DNA of 64,000 nucleotides from Eubacteriales bacterium (GTDB lineage Bacteria; Bacillota; Clostridia; Oscillospirales; CAG-272): NCBI GenBank assembly GCA_045632925.1, contig JAZQXP010000067.1, positions 2,209 to 66,208 of the forward strand, read 5' to 3'. Shown piece by piece: positions 62,079 to 64,000 of this stretch (position 1 is its first letter; each line of letters starts with the position of its first letter). The notes under the pieces were generated by a model. It saw only the letters and a program-made list of their open reading frames with translations, ran no database searches and was not told where the DNA came from. The position numbers and the translations under genes were made by a program.

Positions 62079-63560
62079 TTATCCTTTAAGTCCCTTGAAA
62101 TCTTCGATAGCGACCTTCATGACCTTCTCGGCGGCACTCGAGCTCTTTCTCAGAATGCTCGAAATGGGAGTTCCGCTCGAGATCGCGCTCTGAATGGTGG
62201 AGTGGAAGCTGCCCCAAGCAAAGATCTCGGCAAGGTCGGTTGAAACGCTTGTGGTAATAATATCGAGCATAGTCGCGGATTCAAGGTCCTCAACGTATCT
62301 GCCCTTAAGACATACCTCGTAGTACGCGGGAGTCAGGGTATTTACAGACTCGATTGCCATAGCCTCTACAACGAAGGAAGCCATATCAAGATCATCGCCC
62401 TTGGCGGTGTGCGGGAAGCAGACTACAGTAGTATTTCTACCGGTGGAATACTGATGGTAATTCTCCTGCTCGGAGTTATACTTGGGCATCGGGATGATAC
62501 CGAAGTTGATCTCGAAGCCGGTACGCATTGTCTGAGCGTGCATAAGGACCTCGGCATAGAAGAGGGATCTGCCGTTACCGAAGATCTCCCTGATAACCTC
62601 GTCGTCGCCAAGGTAAATACCGTCGTTATCCGAGGTCTTTTCGGTGAGATAGGATACTACGTTGACGAATCTGTCCGAGCCGTTGTTTGCGGCAATAATG
62701 GGATAGTCGTCTGCATCCTTGGTAACGAGCATCTCGCCGGCACCCATAGTCATCATAAAGCCGAAGGTAGTCTGTGCGCTTGCGCCGAAGATATCGTCCT
62801 TGGTGACCACGCCGTCACCGTTATCGCTCTTGGCGATCTCGACGTACTCGAAGAACTTGTCGTAGGTCCATTCGTTATCGTCAACGAGGTCATAGATGGT
62901 CTTGAGATTGTACTGATCAATGATGTCCTTGTTGAAGAACATGGTACGGATAGCCTGGTCATCAATAACCGTGATCGCGCCGGTAGCAAAGTACTGCGCG
63001 TTTCCGATCGACCAAGCCTTGTTGGAGGACTGAGTCCACCACTTGCCCTCGAGGTTGATGTTATCAAGCTCGGTCATATCGAGAAGATAACCCTTCTGCG
63101 CCATCTTTGCGGCATCCGAAAGACCCATATACATAGCCTGGAACTCGGAGTCGCCGGCACTGATAAGGTTGACGGCATCGTCCGCGCAATCGCGCTTGCC
63201 ACTCTCGATCTGCTCAAAATTGATCAGATACTGCTCGCTGAGCTTTGCATTTCTCTTGAAGATCGCGTTGTTGAGGATGGTTCCGTCCTCCTCTGCGATA
63301 AGGTCGCTCGACCAAGCTCCGTTGTACTTACGGGCATAGAAGGTCAGAGTCTCGCCTGCAAAATCGCGGGGGCCGAGAACCGACATTGCATTGACCTCGG
63401 TCTCCTCCTCTGTAGCGGCGGGACCTTCACTTCCGACTGTTGCGGCGGGGTCGCTTGTGATGGGAGTATTCTCGGGAGGTGTCTGTGCGCAGGCAACAGC
63501 TCCGAGAAGCATTGCCGCAAGAAGCATTGCGCAGAGTATGCGGATCATAGTGTTTTTCAT
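62079..63560 (-). CDS. ABC-transporter-type extracellular solute-binding lipoprotein, paralog B
   Basis: Lipobox AVAC. Same length (493 aa) as paralog A. Confidence 0.75.
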   Translation of the reverse strand: MKNTMIRILCAMLLAAMLLGAVACAQTPPENTPITSDPAATVGSEGPAATEEETEVNAMSVLGPRDFAGETLTFYARKYNGAWSSDLIAEEDGTILNNAIFKRNAKLSEQYLINFEQIESGKRDCADDAVNLISAGDSEFQAMYMGLSDAAKMAQKGYLLDMTELDNINLEGKWWTQSSNKAWSIGNAQYFATGAITVIDDQAIRTMFFNKDIIDQYNLKTIYDLVDDNEWTYDKFFEYVEIAKSDNGDGVVTKDDIFGASAQTTFGFMMTMGAGEMLVTKDADDYPIIAANNGSDRFVNVVSYLTEKTSDNDGIYLGDDEVIREIFGNGRSLFYAEVLMHAQTMRTGFEINFGIIPMPKYNSEQENYHQYSTGRNTTVVCFPHTAKGDDLDMASFVVEAMAIESVNTLTPAYYEVCLKGRYVEDLESATMLDIITTSVSTDLAEIFAWGSFHSTIQSAISSGTPISSILRKSSSAAEKVMKVAIEDFKGLKG

Positions 63561-63771
63561 TACAAACTCCTTAAATATTGTTTTTTATTTATTGTAACAC
63601 AAAGATAATTAAAAGTCAATAAGATTACCGTTTATTTTTGCCACAAATCAATTATTATTGTTAATTATGGGCAGGAAAAATCGCAAAAGGGATTTACAAT
63701 CGACAAAATTTGTGATATAATTAATTGGTATGACTTTACAAGTGAAATATTTTTTATAGGAGATACATAAA

Positions 63772-64000
63772 ATGGACAAGACCTTTATCGTTGAAACCTC
63801 GGCTCGTCACTGCCATCTTACCGCAGAGGCAGTAGAGATCCTTTACGGCAAGGGCGCAGAGCTCATCGTCAAGAAGATGCTCAGCCAGCCCGGTCAGTTT
63901 GCTTGCGCAAACGAAAAGCTTACCGTTGTCGGCCCCAAGGGCAGCCTCGCTATGAGCGTTCTCGGCCCCGTTCGTCCCGCAAATCAGGTTGAGCTTTCCT
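63772..64000 (+). CDS. pduL: phosphate propanoyl/acetyl-transferase PduL, 5' part (truncated by window end)
   Basis: N-terminus ..VETSARHCHLT..LFG...L...K.LSQPGQFA typical of PduL. TAGGAG RBS. Promoter TTACAA-N17-TATAAT at about 63695-63723. Confidence 0.8.
   Translation, partial: MDKTFIVETSARHCHLTAEAVEILYGKGAELIVKKMLSQPGQFACANEKLTVVGPKGSLAMSVLGPVRPANQVELS

Overview
This 64-kb chromosomal window reads like a Gram-positive anaerobe of the Clostridia. Supporting signs are GGAGG-type RBSs, spoVG, a glycyl-radical enzyme with its activase, many Cys-lipobox lipoproteins and strong NNC/NNG codon bias. The taxon cannot be confirmed without a database search. I call 60 protein-coding genes (two truncated by the window edges) and six tRNAs: a Val-Asp-Phe-Gly-Cys cluster plus a second, identical tRNA-Gly with its own promoter. 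There are many sigma70-like promoters and intrinsic terminators. I see no rRNA, CRISPR array, transposase, integrase or recognisable defence genes. Gene content is mainly housekeeping (asnA, murC, hslO, nth, spoVG, pduL), envelope functions and carbohydrate metabolism. Five things deserve a second look. (1) An orphan glycyl-radical enzyme operon (GRE, aldo/keto reductase, activase) whose thiyl loop is GCNW rather than the usual Cys-x-Glu. (2) A dlt-like adenylase/carrier/MBOAT/SGNH operon in non-canonical order, flanked by lipoproteins and an LtaS homolog; its SGNH block-I Ser is replaced by Cys. (3) A rich set of non-coding structured DNA: a 496-bp palindrome, a hairpin array between convergent genes, TIR-bounded elements, heptamer-repeat-bounded elements and a GATTTCATC motif array. 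(4) A promoter, multi-stem RNA and terminator unit at 1952-2194. (5) An orphan Avd/S23-IVS-type four-helix-bundle gene with an IVS-like leader next to the tRNA cluster. All functional calls rest on motif recognition by eye; no searches were run.
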